Source of the DNA: Pseudovirgaria hyperparasitica
Taxonomy: Eukaryota
Assembly (NCBI GenBank): GCA_010093815.1
Contig: ML996605.1
DNA length: 39,751 nt
Strand: one strand, 5' to 3'
Under the pieces are notes generated by a model. The model saw nothing but the letters and a program-made list of their open reading frames with translations. It did not search any database and had not been told where the DNA came from. The position numbers and the translations under genes were made by a program. Below are positions 36,900 to 39,751 of the stretch, one piece after another; the first letter of the stretch is position 1, and each line of letters begins with the position of its first letter.

Positions 36900-38400
36900 T
36901 TGTTGCTACTATAGATATATCTCCTTTTTCTAGGTCTAAGGCTTATTTCCTTATACTTTTAATTACCTAGCCTAATATAGTAAGTCTACTCTTAACCCCT
37001 AAATAGTCTAAAACTAAAGTATATATATATATACTATAGGCTAATATTATCTATAGCGATAATATCTTATACTTATCTACGGCTACGTCTCCTTATATAG
37101 ATATTAGTCTACTAATATAATATAACTAGCGACTATTAGGTCTTATCCCTTATAGACTTACGAAGCTAAGGCTAGTAAAATATATAGAGAATCTAACTTA
37201 TTTAATCTAAAATCTTAGTATACCTTATTTATACTAGATATACTTAGACCGGCTAGTAAATATACTAATATTTTTAATTTTACGTATAAACGTAGTACCT
37301 ATATATATATTAGTAAATTATATTACTAGTAAGTACTAATATAAATACTTACTATATATAGAAATATTATAGTTACTAGTATAGTAGATATAATTATAAT
37401 TTTCTCTAGTTAGTTAGCAAACGTTCGACGCGCGCGTTTAGTATTTTTATTATAAACCTTTTTATTAATAAGCTTATAGAGCTAGTTTACCTTTAAAGTA
37501 ACTTCTTTTAAAGCTAGTAAGATTATATTCTTTTGTATACTATTATCTAGCTAGGGGAGTAATTCGTGTATAGAATTAACGATTACCCTATCTAGTATAC
37601 TATTATTATCTATTAACGGACGTATAAGCCTAATTTTAATATATTCCTTACTTATCCTTTTATTAGTAAGGTATATAAGTAGTATATATATAGTAGCTAG
37701 CCTAGCCTTATAGTAGTACGTGTTATACCTAAGCCTATTTAATTTACCCTAGGCGATAGCTTATTTAAGGAGCCTTCGGTCTTTATTCTTATATAACTAT
37801 ATAATCTACTTCTCTATATCTATAGCGGTAATATATATAATATCTACTACTAGGGTTACTATTATAGATAGATAGTTCTTTCTATTAAACTACTTACTTA
37901 GTTATCCCCTTTATAGAATAAATAGTAAATACTAATTAGCTACTATATATAGTATACGCTTACTATCCGTGGTTCCTAATACTATACTAACTATACTAGC
38001 TATTATCTCTACCGGCTTATTTTTTATTTAAGAGAGGAGTTTATTTAACTATATTATAACTATCTTTCTTATAGATTCCTTCTATATACTCTTAAATACT
38101 AATTTAGTAGTATTATTATTAACGTAGTTAGATAACTAATCTAGGATACCCGTTTTAATAGCCGATAGAATATCTAATAGACTATTTAAGAGGGGCGTTA
38201 TACTAATCTATATACTAAATATAAAGGGATTAAGTCGCGTATACCTATACTATTTTATTATAGGTTTTTTTAAGATATAGAACTCGTCTACTATAAATAT
38301 ACTAATAAATACTATATTATAGGTTTAAATAATATTAGCGCTAAATTTTTTCACCTTCTTCTCTTTTAGAACTACGCGTCTAGCGAAGTTTATAATATAC
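36900..38400 (-). pseudogene. RIP-inactivated SNF2-family (SF2) helicase/ATPase gene
   Basis: A single minus frame at ~38294-38163 reads IVDEF(Y<H)ILKKP..K(*<Q)Y...(*<W)IS(I<A)TPLLNSLLDILS, matching SNF2 motifs II and III. Boundaries are approximate. Confidence 0.65.
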
Positions 38401-38427
38401 TAGGTCTCTATACTTTAGACGGTAGTA

Positions 38428-39751
38428 TAATAATAATAATAATAATAATATTATATAACTAGGTAGAGTAGTACTCTATAGGCCTATGCCTCCTCTAGTC
38501 TAAGCCACTATGTAAGAAGAAACCCTATAGGGAAAAACTTCCTTATGTCTATAACTACATCTCGTTAAACCTCTATTTCGTCTTAAGTATATAGCTATAG
38601 AGTACGCCTATTAGCCTATAGCCTATATTACCGTTATTTTACCCTTAGGTAGCACGTGTAGATGCGGAGGTTATTAGTTAAGGGCTGCCCCCGACTAATA
38701 ATCGGGGTTCTCCCGAGATTCTTCCGGTATATATCGGGTTACTACTGGCGTATACCGGGTCTCTTCCGGCATATATTTCCGGGTCCACTAGTACTAGAGG
38801 AGTGGTAGATATGTAAGTATCCATTAGGAGACGTCCTTAGGGTACTTATTAAGCTATCGTGCGATATCTAATTAGACGGTAGTATAGACTATATTATTCT
38901 TTACGTATTATAACGGGAATTTAATAGTAGCGGTCTTATTAACGCGAATTAACTACTTCTTAGTAATATACTCCTCGCTAGTCTCGTATTTTATAGGATT
39001 ACTAATATTATTATAATATTCCTATTCGGGGTTAGAGTACCTCTTAGCTAGATAGTATACGTCTATAGATAAGAGTTATTAGATATTAGGGGCGTTAAGA
39101 AGGGTTTTTAAGTACGCTAACCGTACTACTATCTTTATTAGATTCTATTTATCGATTTTATCGACGAATATACTATCTATATTATAGTATATCTAGTTAA
39201 AGTGCTATAGCTAATACGATACTAGGAGGTTCCTTAGATAGTATAGTATAAATAGTCCTTAGAGGCGGGGCATCTCGCTAAATTTATTAGTCTAGCTATA
39301 CGGATATTTAATCGGATATAGAGATTATATTAGGCACTTTCTATCTATACCTAGGTCTTAAGTCGGTAGTAGATACTTTTCTAGGTATAGTTCTATATTA
39401 TTACGTAGAAAGTCCTAATAGAATATAAGATAGATAAACGTTATAAGTATAATAGTCTTTCCTAGCCCTAGGCTATCTACTAAGATCTAGTAGTTCTATA
39501 GACCCGCCCGCTACTTAAATATAGTAACTACCGCGAGTAATTAGCCGGCCTATAGTCTATATAACCCACTTATACTAAAGGCTAGATATAGAATAGATAT
39601 ATAGCCGAAGTTCTTTATTAGATTATCTAGTATAAGCCTAAATATACTCATAGTTGTAAACTTAACCTCTACTATATCTAATAAGTTTATATAAGGTATT
39701 TCCTTATTAGGAATAGCTTAATATTAGTAATCGATATTACTAATATTATCT
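38428..39751 (-). mobile_element. 3' part of a second RIP-degraded LINE, related to the left element
   Basis: Reverse complement of 38428-38856 aligns by eye with 3468-3898, including CTACTCTACCTAGTTATATAAT and the (ATT)n tail. Confidence 0.85.

Larger units (their letters stand above)
34791..38427. mobile_element. Large RIP-degraded DNA element: terminal inverted repeat, subterminal tandem repeats and helicase relic; truncated by a LINE
   Basis: Begins GAGGGTTCCTCAAGCGTCCAGTG exactly where GC-balanced DNA gives way to RIPped DNA, and shares its first segment with 31943-32180. Whether it is continuous across the N gap is inferred. Confidence 0.5.

Overview
Eukaryotic, intron-containing DNA from a filamentous ascomycete (Pezizomycotina; a Dothideomycete is a guess from the RIP pattern). 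A GC-balanced gene island (~4.2-30.8 kb) lies between AT-rich, TpA-rich blocks with the signature of repeat-induced point mutation (RIP). The left block is a decayed LINE. The core part of the island has a membrane protein, an external NADH dehydrogenase, bystin/ENP1, COMPASS Bre2/Ash2, aromatic L-amino acid decarboxylase, Atg17 and SconB/Met30. The accessory part has an orphan ORF, a CE5 esterase, a degenerate Rei1/TRI15-like zinc-finger gene and a Cys-rich putatively secreted protein. The right block holds a solo LTR with a 5-bp TSD and four copies of a ~21-bp inverted-repeat terminus (GAGGGTT[T/C]CTCAAGCGTCCAG), two of which bracket an un-RIPped two-gene cassette (DUF6540-like plus APH-like kinase). 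It also holds nested tandem repeats, a RIP-killed SNF2-type helicase and a second LINE whose 3' UTR matches the left one. The most unusual features are the inverted-repeat/cassette/SNF2 element and a run of consecutive hairpins between the decarboxylase and Atg17 genes. Intron boundaries and de-RIPped translations were read by eye, and no database searches were run.
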